DNA from: Eledone cirrhosa
Taxonomy: Eukaryota
Assembly: GCA_964016885.1 (NCBI GenBank)
Contig: OZ024740.1
Location: forward strand, 278,504,001-278,568,000
Direction of reading: 5' to 3'
DNA: 64,000 nucleotides
Below the pieces are notes generated by a model. The model did not search any database, had not been told where the DNA came from, and saw only the letters and a list, made by a program, of their open reading frames with translations. Below are positions 13,381 through 27,562 of the stretch, in pieces. Both the position numbers and the translations under genes were made by a program. Numbering within the stretch: the stretch's first letter is position 1; every line of letters starts with the position of its first letter.

Positions 13381-14535
13381 TGATAATAGTATGGGGGAAA
13401 GGGGGGGTTTGGAGAAGGGGATCAAAGTAAATATATGTTTCAAGAAACATAGAATATTTTCCGTATCTTTATCCAATGTATGTTCTTACATATTTTCAGT
13501 GTTAGGAAATACAACAAACAAGAACCAAGGCAAAATCTATGCATCTCAAAATAAACAAGTATACCATTAATCATATGTCAACTAAACCAAAGATAGTTAA
13601 CATATTGATTTCTAAGGTGTAAATTAGTTAGGTTTATAATATTTGAAGCAGAATTTTGAAGTTAAATAGTAGTAGAGTATTAATTACAGTATAACTAAAT
13701 TAAAGTTAATAACGTTATAGTATCAATATTAGGAAATGAATTTAGTAATAGGGAAAAAAAACACAAATAAAATAAAGTATTACATCGGTAGTAGAATATA
13801 AATTATAGGTTAACTAAATTAAAAATTATATATTTATTTCTATAGTATATGTTAATTAGGTATATAATACATAAAGCAGATATTGTATTTCATCAATAGC
13901 ATAATATAATTATATGCAAATAGAAATCAAAATTAATACGCATACATATACATATACATACACATACATATATACATATACATACACACATATATATATA
14001 TACATATATACACACATACATACACACACACATACACATACACATATACATATATATATCTTTTTCAAAAAATTGCATAGAATATATTAACTAGGTATAT
14101 ATCCAAAACACATCCCATTCTATGATTACATGACATTCTGCAATTCGTCTGTATAAGGATACTAATTTTAAGCAAATTAAAATTAAAATTTTTAGGTTGA
14201 TTAAAACTAAAACCAAATTATAAATATATTTCTAAAATGTATATTAATTAGGTCTATAATACTAAAAATTATTTCTCTGTCATTGGATACACGATATTAT
14301 TTTGTTATATTTTATCTGTAAAAGAATTATAATAAAAAAATTATAATAAAAGGTTTAAATAAATTAAAATTAATCTATAAATTAAATTACTAAGTATATA
14401 TTAGTAATATTTAAAGGTTTTTCACAATTTATGATTACATAATATTTTATATTCTCATCTGTAATAAAATTTTAATTAAATTAAATTTATAGGTTAACTA
14501 ACATTTAAATTAAATTAATTTCTAAAATAATGTTA

Positions 14536-16140
14536 TTAATTAGGTTTATAATATTTAAATGTTTTTTTTAGTTTATGATTACACGATATAATTAATTCCT
14601 GTCGTTTATTTAATAAGATATCCTTAGACTTCATTATTTCAAATAGTTCTTGGGAACATAATCTACATTCATTTCTATTATTTTGATAAGGGGTGGCTCT
14701 TTTGAGCACACTCCAGGTCAAATCATATTTTATATTCTTATTTTTATAACTATTGATTTTTTCTGCTAGAGATGTTGTATTAGCCAGTGCGGCATTTTTA
14801 AAACTATGCTTGTGGGTATTAAACCTTGTCTTAAAATTGTTAGAGGTAGCTCCTATATATGAGCAAATAGAATCTTTAGTTTTAACATTACATTTATAGA
14901 CTATGTTGTTAACAAGACAATTCCCTTTTAATGGGCAGTTTGCTTTGTTTCTACAGTTACATCCTTTCGTTAATTCTGTATTTGAGGAGATATTATGGTT
15001 AATTTGATGTACTGGTGGTATACTTATGGTTTTCTTACATTTATATGCATTATATGCACTTATATTTTGTTTTATGTTATTTGTTGTAGAGTATGAGAAT
15101 TTAACTGTAGACCTATTTAAGATTTGATGGTATTTGTGGTTTGGCGGGAAGTTTTTCTCAAGGATATAAAAAAATTTTTTAGCAATATTATCCTTAACTT
15201 GTAAATTAAAAGGAGCATTATACCAAGTAACCCGTCTATTACGGTTTCTATGTTGTTTATTATTTTTATTATTTTTATAGGTTGTATCGTGATTTTTACT
15301 AGGAGGATTAATGTTAATGATCTCACCACAACTATTTTTAGTTATATTTGTAGATTTAGGTGTTTTATCCTTTTTATTAGGAGTTTTATTATTAATATTT
15401 ATTAGAGTTGTATGATGAGTAGTTTTTTGAGAGTTACTATACTTTATATTAGAAGATTTGGTATTTTGGGGTATAGTGTGGGTGGCATTTAGGTGTGTAC
15501 TTTTCATTTGGTGTTTGTTGGTAATATTATGTTGTATGCTTTCAGTATTTTTAGTAGAAGGTATATACTCTAATCTATTTTTGTGGCCACTTCTATCTAG
15601 AGCTTCGTTATAGAAGGTCGCATTTTTATCAAATACATCTTGGTTAGAAGAAAGGTTAGAAATTCTAAGTGATATATTATATGCAAGGTTTTTAAGGATA
15701 GATTTAGGGTGATTAGATTGTGAGTGTATGTAATGTAAGTTTTGGTTAGGTTTATGGTAAGGTTGGTAGATACCTGTAGCTAAATCTAAAGTTATATCTA
15801 GGAAATTTACTACTTTACTTGTTTTTTCAAAAGTAATATTAAGATTATAATAGTCTTTAAGGAAAGTTCTAATATGTTTTTTGTTTTTTTCAATTTCTGA
15901 AAGGTTAAGGTTGTTAGAAAGAAGAAGACAGTCATCACGATATAAACCCCCTTTGAGGTGGGGAAAAGAGACATTTATGTTGAAAAGGAGAAAGAGGCCC
16001 ACAAGATCAGTAATTTGGGCGGAATCGCTTGAACCCATAGTAATATCAAAAAGATTACTGTATGTGTTTCTGGTCCAGTATTCATTCTGAAATTCAATAA
16101 GTGTTAGTCTAGCATGTGTAATAATGTTAATGTCATCCAA
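14536..16140 (-). CDS. PLE reverse transcriptase (5'-truncated) plus GIY-YIG endonuclease, 534 aa open frame
   Basis: FDITMGS, GGLYRDD, VNFLDITL, SNHP, CNCRNKANCPLKGNCL, NIVY..YIGAT..FKTR, CRLC, CNH. Confidence 0.92.
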   Translation of the reverse strand: MDDINIITHARLTLIEFQNEYWTRNTYSNLFDITMGSSDSAQITDLVGLFLLFNINVSFPHLKGGLYRDDCLLLSNNLNLSEIEKNKKHIRTFLKDYYNLNITFEKTSKVVNFLDITLDLATGIYQPYHKPNQNLHYIHSQSNHPKSILKNLAYNISLRISNLSSNQDVFDKNATFYNEALDRSGHKNRLEYIPSTKNTESIQHNITNKHQMKSTHLNATHTIPQNTKSSNIKYSNSQKTTHHTTLININNKTPNKKDKTPKSTNITKNSCGEIININPPSKNHDTTYKNNKNNKQHRNRNRRVTWYNAPFNLQVKDNIAKKFFYILEKNFPPNHKYHQILNRSTVKFSYSTTNNIKQNISAYNAYKCKKTISIPPVHQINHNISSNTELTKGCNCRNKANCPLKGNCLVNNIVYKCNVKTKDSICSYIGATSNNFKTRFNTHKHSFKNAALANTTSLAEKINSYKNKNIKYDLTWSVLKRATPYQNNRNECRLCSQELFEIMKSKDILLNKRQELIISCNHKLKKTFKYYKPN

Positions 16141-16289
16141 AGTTAAGGGTTTTACATGTATCCAAAGTTAAGGGTTTTACATGTATATACACACACCGAA
16201 CTGCATTTAACCCTTTGTGTTTTCATTGGTCAATTTTGTTCCCAAACGGAACTGAAATTTTGAATTGTTGTTATTATCAATAAATATAC

Positions 16290-16444
16290 TTCATTATTTC
16301 TGAAGACGGCGTATATATGTGTTTGGTATGTATATTTAATCTTGATAATTTGTATAATTTTGTATAATTTTGTACATAGATCTGTTGAATATGCATACCA
16401 ATTCTAACACATATATATCCTAGAAACGATCGTTAAATAATGAA
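16290..16444 (+). ncRNA. Type I hammerhead ribozyme with 116-nt stem II domain
   Basis: ttcattattt-CTGAAGA-..tatatatgtgtt..aacacatatata..-GAAA-cgatcg-TT-aaataatgaa. Confidence 0.82.
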
Positions 16445-16489
16445 CTTTTTTTGTTTAATATAAGGAATTGTTTATTCATTATTTGTTTA

Positions 16490-16540
<51 letters not shown>

Positions 16541-16576
16541 ATATATGTTTATATATGTATATATGTATATATGTAA

Positions 16577-16816
<240 letters not shown>

Positions 16817-16852
16817 TTGTGTATATATATGTATATATACATGTATATATGT

Positions 16853-17355
16853 ATAAATGTAATCTGAGTTTTCCGAATATTAATAATAACATTCGATTCG
16901 TTTGCAATTTTGCAAACAAACCTGAATTTTATGGCCATGTCAGTAGAATGAACACTTCATTCTTGCTCTTGTGTTGGCATGCGAACAGAACTGCAGACAC
17001 TAATATTTCTGGGTATCACCTTTCATCAGTACAGCTCGCTGATCATCTGCCAAACTGTTAGAGCTAGTGAAAATATATGGTATTTTCAAAAATACACTGT
17101 GACTGGTCGGCCTGATTTGCATATTAGCAGACTGGCTGATCGGTCAGATCTGCATATTAGCCGATCCACTGATCAGCCAGATTTGCATATCAGCAGACTG
17201 GCCAGAGCAAGAATGAAGTGTTCATTCTACTGACATGACTATAAAATTGAGGTTTGTTTGCAAAATTGCAAACGAATCGAATATTATTATTAATATTCGA
17301 AAAGCTCAGATTGCATTTATCGTATTCAGCCATGTAGAGCCAATTTTTCTTTTTT
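16853..17355 (-). mobile_element. Short non-coding HHR element with about 116-bp inverted ends and internal octamer repeats
   Basis: Arms about 16854-16970 and 17204-17320; HHR 16990-17035; second copy at 23428-23931. Confidence 0.75.
16990..17035 (-). ncRNA. Type I hammerhead ribozyme
   Basis: Minus strand: gctgta-CTGATGA-aaggtgataccca-GAAA-tattagtg-TC-tgcagt. Confidence 0.8.
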
Positions 17356-17358
17356 ATA

Positions 17359-17432
<74 letters not shown>

Positions 17433-17489
17433 TATAAAAAAGAAAAATTAGCTCTACATGCGATTCTCGCTGAATTTATATATATATAT

Positions 17490-17869
17490 AAATTCAGCGA
17501 GAATCGCATTTCGGCGGGTAGAAATAAACGAAAGGCAACGCAAATTCCAAGTCATGCTGGCAAGCGCTCCATGAACCAAAAGAGACCAGAGCAATAAGCA
17601 TAGGTTATAAAGGCCATACAAAATGAGATGGCGGTGAAGAAGCTATCAACCACCTAAGCCCAAAAAACGAGTCAAGCTAAACGAGTCAAACAAAATAAAT
17701 GAAATATTCACCTGGACCCCTGGAAATGATGGTATAATCCAGTACATGGTTTCTGCGACACCTAAATCAATAATACTGTCTGCTTAAAATAATAAGCCTT
17801 TGATACAATGATCGAACAAGGATATCACGTTATCAACAGGTATTCTGTTCTGCGCCAGTGTTGTGGATG

Positions 17870-17871
<2 letters not shown>
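17490..17871. repeat. Duplicate of 24416-24797 (part of an HHR-bearing pLTR)
   Basis: Near-identical sequence from aattcagcgagaatcgc to ccagtgttgtggatga. Confidence 0.85.
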
Positions 17872-17921
<50 letters not shown>

Positions 17922-17942
17922 ATCTAAATATATGTATATGTA

Positions 17943-18041
<99 letters not shown>

Positions 18042-18070
18042 ATCTATATATATCTATATGTATATATGTA

Positions 18071-18142
<72 letters not shown>

Positions 18143-18147
<5 letters not shown>

Positions 18148-18281
18148 AAATGTGTGAGATCCTTAGTACAGTTAGGTATATTTGAAAAAAGGAAAAGAAT
18201 GACTTCACTTGTAGATCTAAATAATTTGATTATTATTTAGAACTACAAGAGAAGTGATTCTTTTCATTTTTTTTAAATATA

Positions 18282-18354
<73 letters not shown>

Positions 18355-18502
18355 GTATGTATATATGTATATATATATATATATATATATGTATATGTAT
18401 GTATATATGTATATATATACATATATATATGTATATGTATGTATATATGTATATATATACATATATATATATGTATATGTATGTATATATGTATATATAT
18501 AT

Positions 18503-18598
<96 letters not shown>

Positions 18599-18826
18599 AT
18601 ATATATGTATATATGTGTATATGTATATACATATGTATATGTATATATATATATTTGTATATATATATATGTATATATATACATATATATATTTGAAAAA
18701 AATGAAAAGAATCACTTCTCTTGTAGTTCTAAATAATAATCAAATTATTTAGATCTACAAGTGAAGTCATTCTTTTCCTTTTTTCAAATATACCTAACTG
18801 TACTAAGGATCTCACACATTTTCCAA
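18143..18826. repeat. Inverted pair of a 135-bp hairpin-ended module around a (TA/TATG)n tract; third copy at 24895-25030
   Basis: 18143-18277 is the reverse complement of 18691-18826; each carries an internal foldback centred on aataatttgattatt. Confidence 0.85.
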
Positions 18827-18921
18827 TATATATATATTAATTCAAAGTATAAAAAAAAAAGATATTCTTGTGATCAAGTATATTTTATTATACATATTTC
18901 AGAGGTAAATATATACTTACA

Positions 18922-18976
<55 letters not shown>

Positions 18977-19007
18977 GTACACTTATATATATATATACAT
19001 AAACATG

Positions 19008-19075
<68 letters not shown>

Positions 19076-19116
19076 TTCAAAATATTAACAAAAATAGAAC
19101 TTCTTGTGATCAAGTA

Positions 19117-19183
19117 TATTCTATTATACATATTTCAGAGGTACTGAGTTAACTTCAACAGTACGTCCTCGTCAGATAAAATA
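19117..19183 (-). ncRNA. Type I hammerhead ribozyme
   Basis: Minus strand: tattttat-CTGACGA-ggacgtactg..cagtacctct-GAAA-tatgta-TA-atagaata. Confidence 0.8.
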
Positions 19184-21129
19184 AGATGATTCATGACATA
19201 CGCTGACATAATAGGTGGTTAAGATTCAGCCATGGTAGTGAATAATATATGACAAAACTCAATATTTATATACCTTAATATTGAGAACATGAGAAAAATA
19301 TATAATACATACAATAGAGACGGTGCGTGTGAGACAGCTTAAAAAATACTTGGCATCAATATAAAGTTTAAATAATTTAAATTACTGAAGAAAGAGGAAA
19401 GAAAAGAAAGGCATAGAGGAAGAAACAGATGAGGGGATAATATAGTTAGTAGGGCCTAGAAAAACAAAAGAGAGTTGATTACAGAGAAAGAGATAAAGAG
19501 GAATAACTTATGTTCAAGTCTTTAGACAATTATCCATATATACAATATATATCTAAACTTATTTGGTTGACCGTTAATATTCAAAATATTTAATTTAAGT
19601 TAGTTCAGAGTAATGAATAATATTTTAGGTTTTAAAAGTTAATAGGTATCTGTATTAATATTAAAGTATACTATCAAATTTAATTTCTAAAATCAAATTT
19701 TATGAAATCAAATTTAAAGGCTTTACAAACACAATAAAGAAAACATAATGTTTTTACAACCTCACGCAGGTAAACTTTACCAAATTTATTATATAATATT
19801 AACAACAGTTTATATAATATAATTTAGAAAATAATTACAGTTATAATTTTTAAAGAATTTATTATTAACAATTTGAGTGCCTAAAGGATCAACAGGCCTT
19901 ATAATTAAACATAAAAAGGTCTGAATTTTAAATTACATATATGTGTTAATCAAAAAATACAAAAAAAATACACAAAGATTATATTGTCTAAAGACTTAAG
20001 ATGATACCTTTCAAATATACATAACATAATACAATATAGTAAATAAGTTACTGAAAATATTGTTAAAAATTAATGTTTTAGATCAATTATTGTAAAAGGA
20101 TCATTTAATAGATATATACTATAAATATATAAGTCAAAACTTCATGAGTCCTAAGGATAAGGGCTAGATACAAAATAAAAAGTGAAAAAATAATGAATTG
20201 TTTGCGAAACTTAAAAATGCCCAATATTAAAAAATATAGTTTAAAATGCAAGAGGGTTTTATGATATAGTAGACAAAAGATACTTCTAAAATGTCCAACG
20301 AAGGTGATAGAAAGAGGAGCTAAAGATTTGAATGACCCGAAGGTAATCTAAATTTAATTAAAATAAAATAAATTAAATTAAATTAAGTAATAATCATTTT
20401 ATAATTTCGAACATTAAGGAAATATCTAACCCTTATAACAATAGAGAGTCATTTGAGTATCTAAATTACTTATAAATGTAACTACGAGCATGTTATTATA
20501 CTAGATAAACATATTTGTTCAAATATATAGAGAGAGTATTATAGGTATTAGTGAAACGATTTACATATAATAAATAAATAATTAGAATCATTATTAGTAA
20601 TGTTATAATTGTAGTTTTACCTCCAGTTCAGTGGAAAGAGAGACCAATATTTGTCGACTAGTATGGTTTGTTATATTTATACCTAAATATATATAAAAAA
20701 TATACATGTGCAAATCTAAATTTCTGAGTCCCAAAACATACCCAAAATGAGTAAAATATATAAATGCATGAATGATTTACGGTTCAATTATAACCGGCAA
20801 TCTTACAAGTTATATATCCAAATTATATATTTAAAACAAAGACAAATATATATAAGGATCCGAATCTAAATTATAAATATCTAAAATAATCCAAAGGTGT
20901 GCATATTCATCAAGAGAACAAGTTAACAAATAATATGTTTATATACCTAAACAGGATCCTTCATTCTAACATTAATTCTATCATAAATGATTAGAAAATA
21001 AAGTATTATTAAAGTTTTATAAACTGTTATAACGTTTTAGGTAGAACACATGGTAAGAGACGTGAAAAATTAAAACCTGTTTGTTTAGTGTTTTTTCCTG
21101 ACTTTTTGCGAGGCTTGGAATGTAGACAA

Positions 21130-22850
21130 AGCTTAATGAAGGCAGTTTGAGAATAATTCACTTTTTTTGTTAATTAAGTTTTCATAATTAGTAATTATTA
21201 ATAGGGTCTCCTTAGTACAGAGGTTGCAGTTAGTTGATATAGACGAGTTCGAGTAAATTCTACTATTACAAAGCTTCGTCCAAAAAATCGAGTATTTAAA
21301 AATTTTTGTCTTTTAATGACCATATAAGTTGTGATAAAGAAGTCGAAGACTTCCTATTAGGATTCGAAAACGAGCATTTGTGATTCGCAAATCTCGATTT
21401 AAATGTCGAAGAAGTTGCCCCTATGTAGTTGTATATGATTTTATTTGCTTTTACGGTGCATTTATACACCAAATTTCTATCCAGACAATTATTTTGCAGA
21501 GGGCAATCTGGTTTATTTCTACAATTACATTTCGATTTATTATTATTTATATTAACACTATTATTAACACCATTATGCTGATTTTGGTTTAGAATTCTAC
21601 TATTTAGTTTAGCGATGTTTTGGGCCATATTCATAGTTGTAGAATAAGAAAGCTTAATTGTGTGTCTATTAAATATGGAACGGTATTTATGTTGACTAGG
21701 GAAGGAATTATCTAAAGCCTGAAAGAATAGATTAGCTAGTGGTGTTTTTACTGCTACAGAAGCAGGGGGGGTGCAAACCATATAACTGATTTAGTTTTGG
21801 TTTTTCCCCAATTTATTCACAGCACAGGTGTTTGAATTATAATTTTTAGAATTTCGTTTATACATGCCAGTCATATTATTATTATTTTTATCAGGATTAA
21901 GATTCGAATTATTATTGTCTATATATTCTATATTATTTTTATAACCTGCCTTTCTTAGCGCATCATTGTAATATCCTGCTTTTTCATCAAATATTGATTT
22001 ATTAGCAGACATTCTAGTTATGCGTTTCTGTACACTATTGACAATTGCATTTTTCACAGATTTAGGGTGATTAGAGTAATAACTAACGTAATTTAAGTTT
22101 TCATTGGCCTTATGGAAAGGGTAATAAAAACCAGAGTTTAAGTTAAGGGTAACATCAAGGAAATTAACTATTTTGGTACCACTTTCAACCTCTAATTTAA
22201 GGTCGTAATTTTTAAAGAATTCAATTATATTTTTCTTAACCCTATTTAGTTCTGTATAGCTGTGTTTAACAACCGTAAATAAAATTTCGTCCCTATATAA
22301 ACCACCGGTAATCTCCGGCAGTTTTCTATTTACCATATTTAAGATGAAAATCCCCAGAAGATCCGTGACTTGCGCTGAATCCGATGATCCCATGGTAATG
22401 TCAAAGTTTTTCTATTTCTATCTGAGCGGGTCCAATACTCATTGTTGAAATTAATTAGAGTTCTTCTAGCAGTTAATATGATATCGATTTCATCCGTAGT
22501 TAGATCTGTATGTTTGTAAGCGTAGGATAAAGCCTTATTTAGTAGGTTAGGCGTAATGGAAGAGTAATAGCTTGTTATGTCCATCTGGATGAATTTATGG
22601 TTTTTCTTATCATCTATATTTTTATACCAAACAATCACTTCATTGGTGTCCTTCCACAAGCTCAATTTAGACCTCAATTTCAAAATAGGTAGAATTATAT
22701 CAATAATATTCTTACTGATTACTCCAATGTCCGATTTAGATGGAGCAATCAGTCTAACTGGCAGATCTTCCTCAAAGTTTCTTTTGTGATCTTTAAAATT
22801 AATCCTTGGCTGTCTAGGTATAGGAGGCTCGGTTCTTCCTTCAATTCCTA
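21130..22850 (-). pseudogene. PLE RT plus GIY-YIG with multiple frameshifts
   Basis: Three or more reading frames homologous to 39753-42072; catalytic YRDD changed to YRDE. Confidence 0.85.
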
Positions 22851-22856
22851 ATTTTT

Positions 22857-22923
<67 letters not shown>

Positions 22924-22984
22924 TAATTATATATACATATATATATATATATAATTATAATTATATATACATATATATATATAC

Positions 22985-23058
<74 letters not shown>

Positions 23059-23115
23059 ATATATATATGTATATATATATATATGTATAAGTATATATGT
23101 ATATATGTATATATG

Positions 23116-23161
<46 letters not shown>

Positions 23162-23175
23162 TATGTATATATATG

Positions 23176-23208
<33 letters not shown>

Positions 23209-23209
23209 G

Positions 23210-23273
<64 letters not shown>

Positions 23274-23287
23274 TGTATGTATGTATA

Positions 23288-23359
<72 letters not shown>

Positions 23360-23379
23360 TGTATGTATGTATATATATG

Positions 23380-23427
<48 letters not shown>

Positions 23428-23430
<3 letters not shown>

Positions 23431-23931
23431 AAATGTAATCTGAGGTTTTCGAATATTAATAATAACATTCGATTCGTTTGCAATTTTGCAAGCAAGCCTC
23501 ATTTTTAAAGCCATGTTAGTAGAATGAACACTTCGTTCTTGCTCTTGTGTTGGCATGCGAACAGAACTGCAGACACTAATGTTTCTGGGTATCACCCTTC
23601 ATCAGTACAGCTCACTGTTCATCTGCCAAACTGTCAGAGCTAGTGAAAATATATGGTATTTTCAAAAATACACTGTGACTGATCGGCCTGATTTGCATAT
23701 TAGCAGACTGGCTGATCAGTCAGATCTGCATATTAGCCGATCCACTGATCAGCCAGATTTGCATATCAGCAGACTGGCCAGAGCAAGAATGAAGTGTTCA
23801 TTCTACTGACATGACTATAAAATTGAGGTTTGTTTGCAAAATTGCAAACGAGTCGAATATTATTATTAATATTCGAAAAACTCAGATTACATTTATTGTA
23901 TTCAGCCATGTAGAGCGAATTTTTCTTTTTT
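23428..23931 (-). mobile_element. Second copy of the short HHR element at 16853-17355
   Basis: Same inverted ends; HHR 23566-23611 (gctgta-CTGATGA-agggtgataccca-GAAA-cattagtg-TC-tgcagt). Confidence 0.78.
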
Positions 23932-23934
23932 ATA

Positions 23935-24899
<965 letters not shown>

Positions 24900-25098
24900 A
24901 AATGTGTGAGATCCTTAGTACAGTTAGGTATATTTGAAAAAAGGAAAAGAATGACTTCACTTGTAGTTCTAAATAATTTGATTATTATTTAGAACTACAA
25001 GAGAAGTCATTCTTTTCCTTTTTTCAAATATATATATGTATATATATATGTATATATATATATATATATGTATATGTATGTATATGTGTATATATATT

Positions 25099-25146
<48 letters not shown>

Positions 25147-25240
25147 CATATACATATATATGTATATATATGTATATATGTGTATATGTATATACATATG
25201 TATATGTATAAATGTATATGTATATATATATATTTGTATA

Positions 25241-25274
<34 letters not shown>

Positions 25275-25280
25275 TATATG

Positions 25281-25333
<53 letters not shown>

Positions 25334-25572
25334 ATATATATATATATGTATATATATATGTATGTATATATATATATATGTATATATATATGTATGTATA
25401 TATATATATATATGTATATATATATGTATGTATATATATATATATGTATATATATATGTATGTATATATATATATGTATATATATATGTATGTATATATA
25501 TATATGTATATATATATGTATGTATATATATATGTATGTATATATATATATATGTATATATATATATGTATG

Positions 25573-25619
<47 letters not shown>

Positions 25620-25721
25620 GTATATATATGAATATGTATAAATGTATATATGATTTACAAGAAATTGCCATGGATTTTATGATGAATGTGTGAAAACTTC
25701 ATTTTCCTCATAAAGATTTCA

Positions 25722-25759
<38 letters not shown>

Positions 25760-25826
25760 CAATATATATATATATATATAGTATAGAAAAACGAGAAATC
25801 AGTGATGCATCTGGACTCAGTTTATT

Positions 25827-26066
25827 GCATGTTACAATTGTTTCGCCGGCAGGTAGCTCGAGACATGATCACAGTATGGATCTGGCTGATTCTACGGCTA
25901 CAGGTTCCTTCGGACTCGGGCAGTTCGTTCGGACCAAATATTCTCACTGGGGTGTTATCGTCAAAAAACACCATCAAAAAACATCTTCCACTCTTGTCAT
26001 GCCATTGGGTGTTGCTATTCTACGTCATCTTGATCACTATTTACTGCTACACGGCTCATCAGCCAT
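25827..26066 (-). ncRNA. Atypical hammerhead motif with about 210-nt stem II domain
   Basis: Minus strand: CTGATGA-gccg..cggc-GAAA-caattg-TA-acatgc-AATAAA; stem I is weak. Confidence 0.55.
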
Positions 26067-26491
26067 TTTCCGTCCGACACACTTCAATGGAGCCCTGCTG
26101 GGTTCCGTATCTCACACGTCTGTTCACACTCCAGAGTATGTACCCACATATATACACACACACACACACATATACACACACGCGCAGGCACACACACATG
26201 CATGCATACACATATATACACGCACACACTCTCCCTCTCTTCCACAAACCCAGGCACACCCACATCCAGATACCGACCGCCACATGCTTATTGGCGCCTG
26301 CCTAAACAGCGCCATACATCCGGTCTCACACGCACGCATAGGCGCACACGCGCGCAGACACTCACGGCCACGCATACAAGTACACATATCGGCCTTCGGG
26401 CACATCAGCACATACATACACACAAACACTCTCAGACACATACATGGATACACACGCACATACACGCATATCATTATTGATAGGCATCAAT

Positions 26492-26684
26492 ATGGCGGTG
26501 AATTGGCAGTATCGGTAGAGGGTCGGACGCCATGCTTTCCAGCATAGAGTTACGGCCCTTGCCATTCTGAGTTCAAATCCCGCCGAGGTTAACTTTGCCT
26601 TTCATCCTTACGGGGTCGATAAAATAAAGTACCAGTAATACACTGGGAAATTGCTGGCCTTGTGCCAAAAGTAGAAACAATTAT
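26492..26684 (+). mobile_element. tRNA-derived SINE family 1, full length
   Basis: A and B boxes, MetaSINE-like core, 18-bp TSD attattgataggcatcaa. Confidence 0.9.
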
Positions 26685-27111
26685 TGATAGGCATCAAGGA
26701 CAGACACACTTCCAAAGACAGAAGCACACATACACATATATACACACACCTGTACATATATCTACACACATGTACATGTACCCGCATATAAACACATAGA
26801 CAAACCCTGTCCTATGTGGGTGTATGTATGCGCCCACACACACACACCCACTGACAGATACTCACACCATATATATATATATATTTATATATGTGTGTAC
26901 ATAGACACACACACACATATACACACGCATGCAGACACACACGTATACACATATACATATATGTATACGCACACATACATACACATACACAAGTTTACAC
27001 GCACATACACATACATACCAATATGCATATATGTCCATATGTGCACACACACCCACGCAAACATACACATATACACACACATACGCGCGCACATTTACCT
27101 ACGCACAACCC

Positions 27112-27167
<56 letters not shown>

Positions 27168-27562
27168 CATACAAGATACACATACGTACACCTAACTACA
27201 TACACACACATATATATAAAAAAAACTCTTCCTGCTGACGCACACCCACATATATACATACATATATACATGCACACATATATACATGTACATACATATA
27301 CATACGCACACGGACGGCCACTTGCACACACATGCACGTATGTATATTTGCTTACACACACATGCTTCCACTTATACATATATAAACAAAACCGTAAAAT
27401 AAATATATAATATATAATAAAAAGTACAATATACAATAAAATAACAATAAAATAACATAACATAAAATAACAATATAGTATACAATATAATATACATATA
27501 TATACGTGCTTACATATTCATACATATATATATACATACACAATGGATATATGATAAAATAA

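Larger units (their letters stand above)
10007..16497 (-). mobile_element. 5'-truncated Naiad-type PLE with about 4.4 kb 3' region and inverted pLTR
   Basis: ORF 14536-16140; 10141-10469 is inverted at about 16169-16497; HHR in both copies; (TA)n at both ends. Confidence 0.85.
19072..22850 (-). mobile_element. 5'-truncated, frameshifted Naiad-type PLE with about 2 kb AT-rich 3' region
   Basis: ORF pieces 22339-22683 (FIQMDITSYYSSI), 21791-22393 (MGSSDSA, LYRDE), 21296-21781 (CNCRNKPDCPL, YIGAT); HHR 19117-19183. Confidence 0.88.

Noticed and set aside
26492-26590. tRNA genes
   Set aside because: The A and B boxes belong to SINE heads; there is no complete cloverleaf and the copies have SINE cores and TSDs.
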